A DNA stretch of 64,000 nucleotides from Octopus vulgaris (taxonomy: Eukaryota): assembly GCA_951406725.2 (NCBI GenBank), contig OX597818.1, positions 82,274,001 through 82,338,000 on the forward strand, written 5' to 3'. This document shows positions 14,600 through 28,289 of this stretch, piece after piece. Every line of letters begins with the position of its first letter. Position 1 is the first letter of the stretch. The notes under the pieces are model-generated. The model ran no database searches. It was not told the DNA's origin and was given only the letters and a program-made list of their open reading frames with translations. A program made the translations under genes and the position numbers.

Positions 14600-14825
14600 T
14601 GTTCCTCAAGCCGTAGGTTCACAAGGCCGGTTTCTCAGAGTTTATGGCATAGATTTTCTCTCCAAACTTGAGAGCACGATTGATCCTTTTTCTTACATGA
14701 TGGACTGGAGCAACATGCTATAAACAGTTTTCTTGAAGAATGCAACTAATCGCAGAGTCAAGGATTCGAAAGCACAAGCTTACGCTCATGAATGCAACGA
14801 CCTAACCATTAAGCTACACTATTAA
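14600..14825 (-). mobile_element. Degenerate SINE family C-like copy
   Basis: Reverse complement carries gtgtagcttaatggttaggtcgttgca...ttcgaatcc tRNA-like boxes. Confidence 0.5.
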
Positions 14826-14925
14826 GCTACACGTTTCCACACGCACACACACAGAGGAACCCACAAACTCACATACGACCGTATATCTATGTATGTATAT
14901 ATATAATTAAGTATATATATATATA

Positions 14926-14994
<69 letters not shown>

Positions 14995-14996
<2 letters not shown>

Positions 14997-15200
14997 GGAG
15001 TAAACACATAAATGTGAAACAAGGTGGAAAAAAGAGTACTCAAATATTTAAAGCAGCAGAAAATTCAACAAAACCTGTTACTCTGAGTTTCACGTTCGTT
15101 TTTGCCAACCATCATTCTAGCAAAAACTGTACGACGAACGGGAACGTGAAACTCAGAGTAACAGATTTTGTTGAATTTTCTGCTGCTTTAACTAAAGTAT
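14995..15200. mobile_element. (TA)n-flanked hairpin element with HHR motif at 15126-15164 (+)
   Basis: 50-bp arms 15048-15097 and 15142-15191; cugu-ACGACGA-acg ggaa cgu-GAAA-cucagag-UA-acag. Confidence 0.8.
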
Positions 15201-15263
15201 ATATACACAAAGATACATATATATAAATAAATATATGCTTATTTATATATATCTATGTGTATA

Positions 15264-15307
<44 letters not shown>

Positions 15308-15559
15308 TATCCCCCACCAAAGCCCAACCGTTCTCCTCACCGTGGTGCTGGGGGTGGCAACGGCATATGGTAAATATGCTGGCTAAACGGAAAGACCTGG
15401 CCACCTACCCCAGTATCCTGGCCAATATACTCTATGGATCAAAAGTGTAAGAATTCTAATATGATGGTACCAAAGAGTTGGACCCCCGGGCTGCGAGATA
15501 CCATATTGGCTACTGGGGAAGAGCACAAGGATAATCATAATAGCGGCGGTATTGATGGC

Positions 15560-15703
15560 GATAATTGGTACTTATTTAATCGACCCCAAAAGGATGAAAG
15601 GCAAAGTCGACCTCGGCGGAATTTGAACTCAGAACGTAGCGGCAGACGAAATATCGCTAAACATTTCGCCCGGCGTGCTAACGTTTCTGCCAGCTCGCCG
15701 CCT
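15560..15703 (-). mobile_element. SINE family A
   Basis: Reverse complement of the family A head and central domain. Confidence 0.88.
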
Positions 15704-15836
15704 TTACCTTTATTCTTATATTATAATATCGGTGTATATTATGTATAAAGGAAAAAATCAGATGTCTTGCATTAAATTTTTTCCTTAACTGGTTTACACA
15801 CTGGCTACTTGCTAAAATCTTATATAGATTTTTATC

Positions 15837-15878
<42 letters not shown>

Positions 15879-15899
15879 CATATATATATATGTATATAT

Positions 15900-16080
15900 T
15901 TTTCATTCTTATGTTCTTTTTTTTCAGTTATGTGACTGCTGCTATGCTTGGGCACCGCCTTGAAGGTCGTTAGTCGAAGAAATTCACCCAAGCACTTATT
16001 TTTAAGCCTAGTACTTAGTCTATCGGACGCTTGCGGAACTGCTAATTACGGGGACGTAATCACACCATCACCGGTTGTCA
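15900..16080 (-). mobile_element. SINE family B, 3' half
   Basis: ttcagttatgtgactgc...aagcctagtactt...gggacgtaa. Confidence 0.7.
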
Positions 16081-16573
16081 CACAGAGACATACACACGCA
16101 TTCATACATACACACATAAGTACATTTATTTATACATATATACATACATTCATACGTACATATATATCGTCTCGGCTTAACAGCCCTCACCGTTTGTTTT
16201 TACTGTTTTATTCTCACTGTCCTGTCCTTTTTACTGTTTTGTTCTCACTCTCCTGTCCTTGTTACCACTTTCACCCTCCGCAAAAAATTCCAGATTTTAT
16301 TTAATTTGCTTTGCGGGAAGGTCTGTTCAACGAAGTCGCATCTTCTCCTTGCATTCGAAACGTGGAGATGATGAAACAGCAACGACCAAAGAAGGGGAAT
16401 GTTCTTTATGTTGTATGTCTCGTTTCTCCGTTTGATGTTCGAAAAAAAAGTTTGTTTCTATGTTTTTGTTTTTATATTTCCGTTTCTCATTGTGTTCAAC
16501 GTTTTTCTGATGTCCTGTACCCATATATGCATGTATATATACATATATAAGTAGGTATGTACATATATGCATA

Positions 16574-16647
<74 letters not shown>

Positions 16648-16699
16648 GAATCTATTTGAAGAAAACAGAGAGTTGAGAATATCCAGTTATTTATCGTCA

Positions 16700-17035
16700 T
16701 TTCAGTTCTTTTTTTCGCCTACATAACACCGAACTTATTCTTTGTAAACCTATAACTTATTCTATCATTTTCTTTTGCCGAACCGCTACGTTATGATGAC
16801 GTAGACACATCACATCGGTTGTCAAGGGATGGTGGGAGCAAACAGAGATACACAAGCGTATACATATATATACGAAAGGCTTTTTTCAGTTTCCGTCTAC
16901 CAACTCCAATCACACGGCTTTGGTCGGCCCGAAGCTATAGTAGAAAACACTTGCCCAAGATGCCATGCAGTGGGAGTGAATCCGGAACCATGTGGTTGGT
17001 AAGCAAGCTACTTACTACACACCCATTCCTACGCA
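16700..17035 (-). mobile_element. SINE family B
   Basis: Reverse complement of the family B head and body. Confidence 0.85.
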
Positions 17036-17049
17036 TATATATATATTAA

Positions 17050-17282
17050 AAAGACGGCGAGCTAGCAGAAACGTTAGCACGTCGGACGAAATGCGTAGCC
17101 GTATTTCGTCTGCCGTTACGTTCTGAGTTCAAATTCTGCCGGGGTCGACTTTGTCTTGCATCCTTTTGGGGTCGATAAATTAAGTACCAGTTACGCACTG
17201 GGGTCGATGTAATCGACTTAATCCGTTTATTTGTTTGCGTTTGTTCCCTCTGTGTTTAGCCCCCTGTGGGTAGTAAAGAAAT
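17050..17282 (+). mobile_element. tRNA-derived SINE family A, full length (central domain possibly Meta/MESC-like)
   Basis: ggcgagctagcagaaacgttagcac...gagttcaaattc...gtcgactttg...catccttttggggtcgataaattaagtaccag...gtagtaaagaaata. Confidence 0.9.
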
Positions 17283-17859
17283 ATATATATATATTAAAAA
17301 TGTAAGTACATGTGGATTCATGTACCTTATTTACATTATTTACATTTGACGGAAATACGAGTGTATAAAATATCTTTATGCACACAGAGGAGACAATTGA
17401 CAGGACTCCTTACATATTAAAACAGCCAGTTATTTTATACACTCTTATGGTTTAAAAAATATGTTATGTCTTATGACTTTTATTTATGCATGCTAACTAA
17501 GGCTAATAAATGATTTTATTACCCTCATATTTACGATATGTATACGGCGGGCTTTTGTCTGGTTCCGTCTACCAAATCTACTCTCAAGCGATTCCGTGGG
17601 TGGAGTAAGTGGAATAAAGCGCCACTAATGCTGAACTTGAATTTATTCCACCGACTCCGAAATGTTGTAACCGAAGTGGGAATTGGTCTCAGAACGTGAG
17701 ACAAACGTAATGCTCCTAACAATTATTCACGGTACAGTAACGGTCCTCCCAGCTCGGTGCCCTGATGTATTCATTCCTTTTCACATAAATATCTATATAT
17801 ACATTTGCATATGTATATATGCATATGTGGGAGCATGCGTGCGCATTCATTTGTGTGTT

Positions 17860-17900
<41 letters not shown>

Positions 17901-18952
17901 ATGTCTGTGCACACAAGTGTGAATCTTCTTGAATAGTTTCTTGCTTACATTATGTACCAAAATTTGATGTTTCATATAAGAATATATTGAGAACTTCCGT
18001 TAACTGTTCCACAAAAATACATCTTTATGTATTTCAAGAAATTGCGTACGTATATAGTGCCACACACACATATATATAAGTATATATGGATGTCGTGCTT
18101 CCACGTACTTGTGTATGTGTGGTGTGTCTGCATATACTTAAACAAAGTTATATATATATATACATATGTACACACACACACATATATATGTATATATATA
18201 CAAAGTATACAGCTATACCCGAACGAACTTAGGCACGAATACACATACATACGTATGCACATCAAATGGCGTGCAATGAATTGTGTGCCGATGATGAGAA
18301 GAACCAGGAAAATTAGGAGGAAAACGAGCTTTGGGTTTACTGATGTGTAAAGAAGACAGCGAAATAGTGTTATATATATTGTGGGTACACGGAGATAGTT
18401 ATTGTTGTAAACCTACGATACTAGAGAGCTATAAAGTGTCTATTAGAGCTGAAATAACAAAGTATAGACAATAAAAACTGGGGAAAAAGAAAAAAAAAAC
18501 GTCTTCGAAATCTAAAGGGGAAAAGAAGCAATATATATACATACGAAATATCTATATGTATATATATATTTATATACACGCATGTATATGTGTATGGAAA
18601 TCTCTAAAAAATCTAACAACAAACTCTCGACCATTTATATTTGGTAATAAATACATGTAACAATATATATTTTCACACAAACAGAGTTGCATATACATAA
18701 ACATATACGCCGTCAGAGACACATATGCGCACAAACGCACTTTAATATATTTCTATATATATATATATGCATATATGCTTTGTACTCATACAGAAATTCT
18801 ATGCATATATATACATATATAAATGTGTATATGTATGTGCATGTGTGTGTATATTTGTGATATGTGTATGTGCGTGTATATATGTGTGTGTGCATATATA
18901 TATATATATATATATGCATACACACACAGGCACACACACACACATATATATA

Positions 18953-19160
18953 TAGGCGCAGGAGTGGCTGTGAGGTAAGTAGCTTACTTACCAACCACGT
19001 GAATCCGGGGTCAGTCCCACTGCGTGGAACCTAGGGCGGCTTCTACTATAGGAGACTGATAAAATAACTACTAGGCTTACAAAGAATAAACACTGGGGTT
19101 AATTTGTTCGACTAAATGTGGTGCTCCAGCATGGCCGCTATCAAATGACTGAAACAATAT
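18953..19160 (+). mobile_element. SINE family B, internally deleted
   Basis: Head aggcgcaggagtggctgtgaggtaag joined to tail ctccagcatggccg. Confidence 0.85.
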
Positions 19161-19238
19161 ACTTAGAGAATACATACATACATGCATGCATGAATGCATA
19201 CATACATACATATATACGTACACACATACATACATACG

Positions 19239-19309
<71 letters not shown>

Positions 19310-19311
<2 letters not shown>

Positions 19312-19990
19312 GGGTACCCAAAAGAAACCAGAATTTTGCAGTGTTATTTTGCTCACTTCGATTTACATGTTCACACATTTTTCCCACTTTAAACTGCTTT
19401 CCATTTGAAGCAACGCATCAGTCCAGATTGGTCTTCCACCATTCGAAGCAGTGCTGGAACACTTGCAAAATTATGACTTTTAGCGCTTCCGTCGTGTTCT
19501 TCTTCACGTCTTCCACATCTGAATATTTGGTAGTACCAGGTTTAATCACAAGCAATCACATATAAAAAAAGTTCTGGATCGACTTTCAACTGTTGTTTCA
19601 GTCTATGACTAGATTTCAGTCGTGAATGCACAGGTTTTGCTGCAATTCTCTTTATTCGCTCAAAATTCGTTGGCAGGAGCTCCAGGACACACCAAGCATA
19701 TCAACAAGTTCGTGAATTGTTCAGGGACGGTCCTCCAAGTTCAGCTCATGAATTTTCATGATGTCTTCATTTGTTCGGGAGGTCGATGTTGGATCTGAAC
19801 GAGGTTGGTCTTAAAGTGACATGTGACCTTTCCACATGTGCTTTGTTCGTTAACTTGTTCACTTGTGCATTGTTCATGGCAGTGCCCTTGATTGTTGTTT
19901 AAAGCATCACAACGGTTTCGACTGCCGATTTCCCCAGCAGAAATCAGAATTTCACGGAAGCACGCTGTTCCTTCGTTTCTGCTGTCGCAA
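19310..19990 (-). mobile_element. mariner transposon remnant, internally deleted
   Basis: Minus translation EQRASVKF*FLLGKSAVETVVML (mariner N-terminus); C-terminal-like remnant near 19390-19480. Confidence 0.75.
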
Positions 19991-21018
19991 AATTCGCCGC
20001 AAATTTACACTTTGGATCGGACACTTTTTCTTGCAAAATAGGGTATCTTATCCTGTTCAGGCTATATCATTAGCATTATCCTTCGTATGAGAATTTATAG
20101 TCACTCCTTTTACTTTTTAAGACATCTCAACGCTTCTAAAGCAAATTTCGTTTGTTTGATTACGTTAATCGTAATTTGAATTTAGCGTATGATAGCGTCT
20201 CATAAAGCGAGATTTCTATATATCTTAAATTTGCGGAAGGATTTGTGATGTTGGCGGTTAAGCTTAAAGGTTCAGAGTATCGCGACGCGTAATCACGGTT
20301 GTGTGAGTTCGCGTCTCACAGCCGGCCGCCTACACGTTTTTCTGCAAAATAGGAGTAGCTTATCCTGTTCAGGCAATTCTTTTTATTTTTTGGGGGGGCC
20401 CGGCCATCAGCGACTAAACCGGCAAACCCGCAGATCTTGCCTTCTGAGGAAGGTGCATGTTTCTTGCTATTTTGACATCTACAGGAAAAAGAACAAGACC
20501 TGTATTATTAGCATTATCCTGCGTTTGAGAATTTAAAATCACTTCTTTAACTTTTATAGATAAATTTATCTATGCCTTTGACTACGTTACGACACCATTA
20601 TCTCCGGCATAATTTCAAGAACATGGCACCAATGGCCGCGTAAAATATCGCAGTTTTTCTCCTGCAGCTTTTATATGTGTATATGAGTTCTTATTATGAG
20701 TTTAGGATTTACTATTTAACACGTATTTGTGTGAGTCTGAATGTGAGCATGTACGAACGCGAAATTACGCATGCACGTATTCGTGAGTGTGTACGCTTGT
20801 ATCTGTGAGTACGTTTGAGCGTGAATGTGTGTAGTAGTGTGTTTGTGTGTGCCTCTGCTTTTATATATATATGTGTGTGTGTGTAATCATTTGAAATGTT
20901 ATTGTGCTGTTACTGAATTTATATACAGAAACGTAAGCAAGCAACTATACCCATATTCTATCTTACAGTCACACAAGCTTTCACACAGGCACCCACACGC
21001 ACTCACACATATAAGTTC

Positions 21019-21049
<31 letters not shown>

Positions 21050-21400
21050 TATATGTGTGTGTTCTGTATTTGAGAACACGTGTCTTTGTTTGAGAGCAAG
21101 CGCACATGACGCGCATACAGAGATGTATAAGAGATCAAAGGGAGGTAATTGCATCATCAGTCAGTTTAATCACGTCACTTAGGGCAAGATGGACGTTTTC
21201 TGTAATACTTTACGATCGCTTTCAAAACGGACTGAGGTCGTAGTTTAAATTCAGCAAAGAATAGCATCACTAACATCAGTAACAATAACAACAACGACAT
21301 CAACAACAACAGCAGCGGAACAACAACAGTAGCGATCACAACAGCGTGGATAATAGAGGAAATAATACCATTAACAATAATAACAAGCATAGCAAACATG

Positions 21401-21479
<79 letters not shown>

Positions 21480-21596
21480 AGAAATAGAAGAGTGCCATAG
21501 TTATCATGTGAAATTGGCTGAACGATATTTCGGCACTTCTATTTTTTTATTTCTGTATAACTTCTGGAGGAGTTACCTCATTCCTATATAATCTTA

Positions 21597-21659
<63 letters not shown>

Positions 21660-21698
21660 GTCTCCAAATATCCCTATCTAGCTACTGATAATGATAAC

Positions 21699-21759
<61 letters not shown>

Positions 21760-21784
21760 TAATAATAATAATAATAATGATATC

Positions 21785-22250
21785 ATGTACATTGTTCTGT
21801 CTTGGTATAAAAGATGGGCTACAGCAAATATTCTGCTCAATACCACAGATTGCTTGTCAGTTGTTTGACCTTAACCAGTTGAGCATGTCCCTTAGTGGCT
21901 TACGATATGTGCATCTCTGATCACGAGCAGAAGTAGTGGGGAGCATCATAGCCATGTGTTGAGAGGGATTCTTTGGGGTTTGAATAATTCACCTCTGGAG
22001 ACATGGGTGGGTTTTTCAACATCCTTAAACAACCTTATTCAGGGACCGTTTGAGCGGGATGGGCTACTCAACCTGAAGAAAATTCTAACTGGGCCCACCT
22101 GCAAGGTCATAGTTTATCTTGATATGAGATCACTCATGCCGCGCACATATGGTTATGAATACCCTTATCAGACGGTAGTCATGATGGGTATATTGGGCTT
22201 CGTATATTTTACCCCGGTGTCACTTGATGGCATGAACTGTTCTCTCACTC

Positions 22251-22252
<2 letters not shown>
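21785..22252. mobile_element. Non-coding interspersed element embedded in (TAA)n
   Basis: ~470-bp complex sequence flanked on both sides by (TAA)n; class not determined. Confidence 0.5.
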
Positions 22253-22316
<64 letters not shown>

Positions 22317-23333
22317 GTCTCCAAATATCCCTATCTAGCTAGTAATGAAAAGACCGCTTTGTAATAATAACCCCTCTTCTCCGTATTGAAACTGGGAACG
22401 AGGCAATTCTTTTTTTTTTTACGGTCCGGCCGTCAGCGACTAAGCAGGCAACCCCGCTGATCTTGTTTGACCTTAACCAGTTGAGCATGTCCCTTAGTGG
22501 CTTACGATATGTGCATCTCTGATCACGAGCAGAAGAACAAGAGCTGTATGAAGGCTAATGAACTCGTACGAGGCAACGGCCACCAAAATATCATATAGCT
22601 AAGAAGCAGAAGCAATCATAACACTTGAACACCCCTTCTAGGAGACGGAAACGGAAACTCCAAAATTTAAACCATGATTACAGGTTTATACGCCAAGGAA
22701 ACCAGGAAACCAGGCATGGCTTGAGAGGGAGCAAACATGTATATATAAATGACCTCTTTTTCTTTTATAATATTTATTCAGGCTTGTTAGGCGGTGATCT
22801 TGCAGAATCGTTAGCACGCCGGATAAAATGCTTAACGACATTTCATCCATCTTTACGTCTGATTTCATATTCCGCCAAATATCCCTATCTAGCTACTGTA
22901 ATGAAAAGACCGCTTTGTCGTGAGGCCATAAAATCAGCACCAGGTGAATACTGGAGTCGGTGGATGGACTTGACTTTTCTTCGTAACTTGTTAACGGTCC
23001 GGCCGTCAGCGACTAAGCAGGCAACCCCGCTGATCTTGGTCTCTGAGGAAGGTGTATGATACTTGCTATTTTGACACCTACAGGAAGAAGAACAAGAGCT
23101 GTATGAAGGCTAATGAACTCGTACGAATTTGCTCCAGTTTTCAGTACTATTCCTCATCACCAATCACTGGGCATTACTATCTCACGATCAAGGATTCATA
23201 GGGCCGGATACCCGGTTTCAATGGCATTTACGTAACCATGATCATGGCATTGCTTCTGAAAGTGACGCCAGTTCGTAGCTGTGTAGACTGGAGCAACATG
23301 AAGCGAAGTTCGATCTTTAGTCAACGCCCTAAC

Positions 23334-23847
23334 CACTAGACCACGCGCCTCTACCTTTTACTCTTAATGCACCGTTAATATTCCTTACTCACCATCACTT
23401 TCGTCTAAGTGTTTTCATATTGTCTACTTTCGTTTTCATTTTATAGTCAACATTAATTATCTTTACACCTGAAATTTCGAGGCGAAGTAAAGTGAGAAAA
23501 TGCTGAAATAATCGACAACATATGGGAAGAAATTAAATAGCGGCAAAATGATAGCATGACACCGTCAGTGTAAAGATATAACCGTCAATATGAATTATGG
23601 GATATAATATTTCATCACCAGGCTTTTGTTACAGAAATGGAAGTGATACCAGATATATGTTAGGAGAGAGTTCTTGCGGTCCACACCGAAAACGATTTCA
23701 TCATAACCAGAGATAAAGAAAGAATTTTCCAGTGTGAAGAAGTACAGAGATTCTCACTCACACACACTCATGCACGCGTACACACACTAGACCACGCGCC
23801 TCTACCTTTTACTCTTAATGCACCGTTAATATTCCTTACTCACCATC

Positions 23848-23892
<45 letters not shown>

Positions 23893-24300
23893 TGTGTGTT
23901 TGTGCCTGTGTGTATTTTAATGAAAATAGTATGAGGCGAAGTAAAGTGAGAAAATGCTGAAATAATCGACAACATATGGGAAGAAATTAAATAGCGGCAA
24001 AAATGATGTGCATGACACCGTCAGTGTAAAGATATAACCGTCAATATGAATTAGTGGGATATAATATTTCATCACCAGGCTTTTGTTACAGAAATGGAAG
24101 TGATACCAGATATATGTTAGGAGAGAGTTCTTGCGGTCCACACCGAAAACGATTTCATCATAACCAGAGATAAAGAAAGAATTTTCCAGTGTGAAGAAGT
24201 ACAGAGATTCTCACTCACACACACTCATGCACGCGTACACACACTCACACAGACACTCCCAACATACACACAAACACTGATGTGCATATTGGTATATATA

Positions 24301-24342
<42 letters not shown>

Positions 24343-24385
24343 TGTGTGTTTGTGCCTGTGTGTATTTTAATGAAAATAGTATGAG
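23334..24385 (+). repeat. Near-identical local direct duplications
   Basis: 23479-23788 = 23933-24245; 23334-23398 = 23785-23849; 23849-23934 = 24302-24385. Confidence 0.9.
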
Positions 24386-25465
24386 ATAAATGAATGGAAA
24401 AATGATATTATTTAATTATTAATACGACCATTTATTAAGTATATGGTTGTAATACGAGTCGTTACAGTATATGAACTATACAATTTCATCGAGTTGTGAG
24501 TGCACACAGAGCTTGATTGTAAATCTCCTACCCATTGTGTAAGAAGGTTAGTAGTTAGTCCATCCCTGTTACTACTAGAGAAATGGAAAGAATAAGATAA
24601 TCAATGCGGATAGACAGAACAATAGATTAGTTCTCGCGCAACATACACACAAACACTGATGTGCATATTGGTATATATATACATGTGTGTGTTGATTTGG
24701 GATGGTTTGACCACAGAGACAGAGAGAAAGGTCATTTGGCTTGTGGATTTATATTTTAGCTAATTTAATTAGGTCAACCAGGGACATTAGGATTCTACTT
24801 TTACATTAGGCTTGACCGATAATGCCTTGGAAAAGGTCGGACACCAACTTAATCTCGTTAACTTCTTACTGCAAAAAGGCTTAACAATAGATGACTTATA
24901 TGACAACGTGGAAAAATGTGGATTCAGTTTCGAAACCTAGCTTGGGTATTCCGTAGGTATTTGCACTAACATCTCACACACACATACATGCACATCCACG
25001 CACACACGTACACCAGCACGCATAAACACATATACACACAAATACACACACATGTATTCATATATATATATGATGGACGCTGTCATCATTCGACGAGGGT
25101 TGCACGATTCCTTGCGCACAATCACACAGCTGAATTATTTATAGTAATCAAATGTTCATGTTGTACATAACCTGACTCTTATAATCAAATTGACACATCC
25201 TCTACAAGGAGCACCAGTGTGCCATACGCCAGGTGTCGAAATGATCCCAGAGCAATGTGAAGTCAAATGTTGTTGTTCAAGAACACACACACACACACAC
25301 AACGCGGTCTGGGAATCGAAACCGCAATTTCCAGATATATATGGTGGTACATATATATAATCAATCCAGAAAATAACGAAGAAAAAACACAAAAAAAAGA
25401 ACAACAACTTGAGGTCGCGGTACATGCAAAGTATCAAAAACACTCAGGGAAGGAAAGAAAGGGTG

Positions 25466-25498
25466 TTTTACATTTCGAGCAAAGCCCTTCTTCAGAAA
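25466..25498 (-). ncRNA. Minimal type I hammerhead ribozyme motif
   Basis: uuu-CUGAAGA-a gggc uuu gcuc-GAAA-ug-UA-aaa. Confidence 0.7.
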
Positions 25499-25626
25499 AA
25501 GAAGAGAGACAGAAGTCCAAGAGAAAAGGAAGACAGAAGGAAGAAATAGCCTGTAACTACATGCAGATTGCTGGAGATTTTTTTTCTTCCGTCTTCCTTT
25601 TCACTTGGACTTTCCTCAGTCTCCTG

Positions 25627-25659
25627 TTTCTGAAGAATAGCTTTGCTTGAAACGTAAAA
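25627..25659 (+). ncRNA. Minimal type I hammerhead ribozyme motif
   Basis: uuu-CUGAAGA-a uagc uuu gcuu-GAAA-cg-UA-aaa. Confidence 0.7.
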
Positions 25660-25893
25660 TACCATTTCTTTCCTTCCCTGAGTGTTTTTGATACTTTGCA
25701 TGTATCACGTCCACGCGTTGTTGTATTTTCTTGTGTTTTTCTTTTGTTTTTTCTTTGGATTAGCTCTTTATCCTATGTTCACACGGACCCCCGTTCTTCC
25801 GACAGGCTTAGGAGTACTTTATTCGTGGAATTCGTTCTACCAATCCTTTCTACTTATTCATTCGGAGTGCGCCATTTCTGCACATTGATCGTG

Positions 25894-25943
<50 letters not shown>

Positions 25944-25946
<3 letters not shown>

Positions 25947-26502
25947 CAATAATAAATCTCTGAACGAGGTATAGACAGTAATTGCACGAAAATGTGAGGT
26001 ATATTTGCCATCTCAATATGGCTAACCACTAAGGGTGATTGTTACTGTAGCTTGTAGCCCCAGGAGAACATTGTCTCCTGCTGGCTATAGGCACACTTTC
26101 TGTGCCCTAAGGTATTTGCAAAGGGAGATCATCCTTCCCTCGTCAACCTAAGTGATACGCACGGACTGCAGTTTCTAGGTATTGACCTGTCATCAGCGCA
26201 CGACAATCACCGGTTTTCGATGAAAAGGGTCCCAGTGCAAATACTTATATCATTTTCCCAGTAACTTTTCGTCACTGATCTCGAAAAACTGTATGCAAGC
26301 AATAATAAATCTCTGAACGAGGTATAAACAGTAACTGCAGTCCGTGCGTATCACTTAGGTTGGCGAGGGAAGGATGACCTCCCTTTGCAAATACCTTAGG
26401 GCACAGAAAGCCAGCTGGAGGAGATGTTCCCCCGGGGCTACAAGCTACAGTAACACCCACCCTTAGTGGTTAGCCGTATTGAGATGGCAAATATACCTCA
26501 CA
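25944..26502. mobile_element. Microsatellite-flanked HHR element with inverted and direct repeats
   Basis: Inverted arms 25993-26172 and 26335-26502; direct repeat 25944-25986 and 26297-26340. Confidence 0.85.
26158..26202 (-). ncRNA. Type I hammerhead ribozyme, canonical core
   Basis: cgugcg-CUGAUGA-caggu caau accua-GAAA-cugcag-UC-cgugcg; GUC cleavage triplet; palindromic stem III. Confidence 0.82.
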
Positions 26503-26503
26503 T

Positions 26504-26576
<73 letters not shown>

Positions 26577-26577
<1 letters not shown>

Positions 26578-26690
26578 TCTTAACTCTTTCACTGTTTTAC
26601 TCGTTTCAGTCATTTGACTGCGGCTATGCTGGAGCACCGCCTTTAGTCGGGCAAACCAACCCCAGGACTTATTCTATGTAAGCCTAGTAC
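26577..26690 (-). mobile_element. SINE family B tail fragment
   Basis: tttcagtcatttgactgcggctatgctggagcaccgcc. Confidence 0.8.
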
Positions 26691-27124
26691 TTTTATTTTA
26701 TCTTCATCAGTACAGAATAACTGCTCCGCTAGAGATGGTCACCTTACATTCTTGTTCGAAATATGTACTTTTCAAAGTGACGCACATTTACATTTTTCAT
26801 AAATAGAAAAACTATTATTTCTTTAAAACAGTATTAAACAATTCTCATAGACTTTCATACATATATATGTTTACTGGCTTCTTTCAGTTTCCATCTACAA
26901 ATCCTCTCACAAGGCTTTGTTCAGCGTTGTGTATGTGTGTGTATACGTGTATGTGTGTGTGTAATTGTGCCTGTGTGTGTACGTACGTGTGTGTGTTTGT
27001 GTGTGCGTGCGTGAGTATGTGTGTGCACGAATGTGTGTATATATGTGGTAGATATTTAGATAGCCCGATACATAGATGAATGAATAAAACGATCGCGACA
27101 TGAATAACATGCATTAGCTATTAA

Positions 27125-27400
27125 CACACACAGTGTTTTTTAACTTTACCTAATTACTTATTGTCGTTAACAATTTTCGTCGCTCAAAACTGTGACCAGG
27201 TTCCTTACAAAGTTATACCAAGTCAGATGCTGTATAACTTTGTCCAATATTATTGCATCAGGTCGTAGTTTCGAGGGATTAAATTTTCGAGACAGTATTA
27301 CACACAAATGTTAAAAGACTGTGTGTTCTGATTGTCAACCTTATTCTTCCACGCTGCAATCGTTTTAGTTATAACACACGGCCTCAGAACCAAACGCATG
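27125..27400. mobile_element. Degenerate inverted-repeat element related to 5760-6010
   Basis: acaaagttatac/gtataactttgt and acacagt..ttaac/gttaa..actgtgt; shares cttccacgctg with the 5.8-kb element. Confidence 0.55.
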
Positions 27401-27459
27401 CCGAACAAATAAATACCTTACATAGTGCATTATACCTCTCTCACACACACACATATACG

Positions 27460-27520
<61 letters not shown>

Positions 27521-28289
27521 CGAAAAATAAATAAATAAGTCATATAAATAAAATAAATGACTGGCAACTGAACCAGTGATCTGTTAGACATTAAGGCAGT
27601 ATGACTAGCCACGAAAAGAAAATTCCTTTCAACACACGGATTCACATAAAGAATCTTGCAGATCAGATAACCACTGCAACATGTTTTCAATATTGGGCAT
27701 CTCTAGAACTCACCTCTTTACTATATATATAAATATGTGTATGTGTGTTTGTGTGTGTGAGTTTGTGTGTGTATATACGCACACACGCAGACACTCATAT
27801 CTACACATATATCCATGCACACATGCATATATCTATATATACATCTTTTTTTCTGTCGAGGACTTACATGCCCCTTTATTAGACTATTTTCCTTAGTCAT
27901 GGCACGGTGGTCTTCATAATGTTTAAGGTTCTAAGAAAATAGCATTATTATTATTTACATTATTGTTAATCATGGCGCACCGAAAGCATATATATATATA
28001 TATATACATGTGTTTGTGTGTGTGTGTATGTATGAATATATGGATATGCGTGTGTGTGGGGAGTGTAGAGAGGGAGAGAGAGAGAGAGAGAAATAGATAT
28101 ATATATCACAGTACATACATACACACATACATATATATGTATCTGCTGAAATTTAATGGACAATAGACGGATTTAACTAATCCTGTTGTACTCACAAAAA
28201 TGGCCCATGAATGGATTAGCCCCCAAAGAAAGTAAACTAATATGATATGCTTTTGACCTGATGACCTCGTTTTTTTTTATTCTGTATTA

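Larger units (their letters stand above)
25361..25761. mobile_element. Inverted-repeat element with one minimal HHR in each arm
   Basis: ~190-bp arms; HHR 25466-25498 (-) and 25627-25659 (+). Confidence 0.85.

Noticed and set aside
16165-16530. Microsatellite-flanked element containing tgcattc-GAAA-cg-TG
   Set aside because: Possibly a decayed pLTR, but the core and stems are too degenerate to call.
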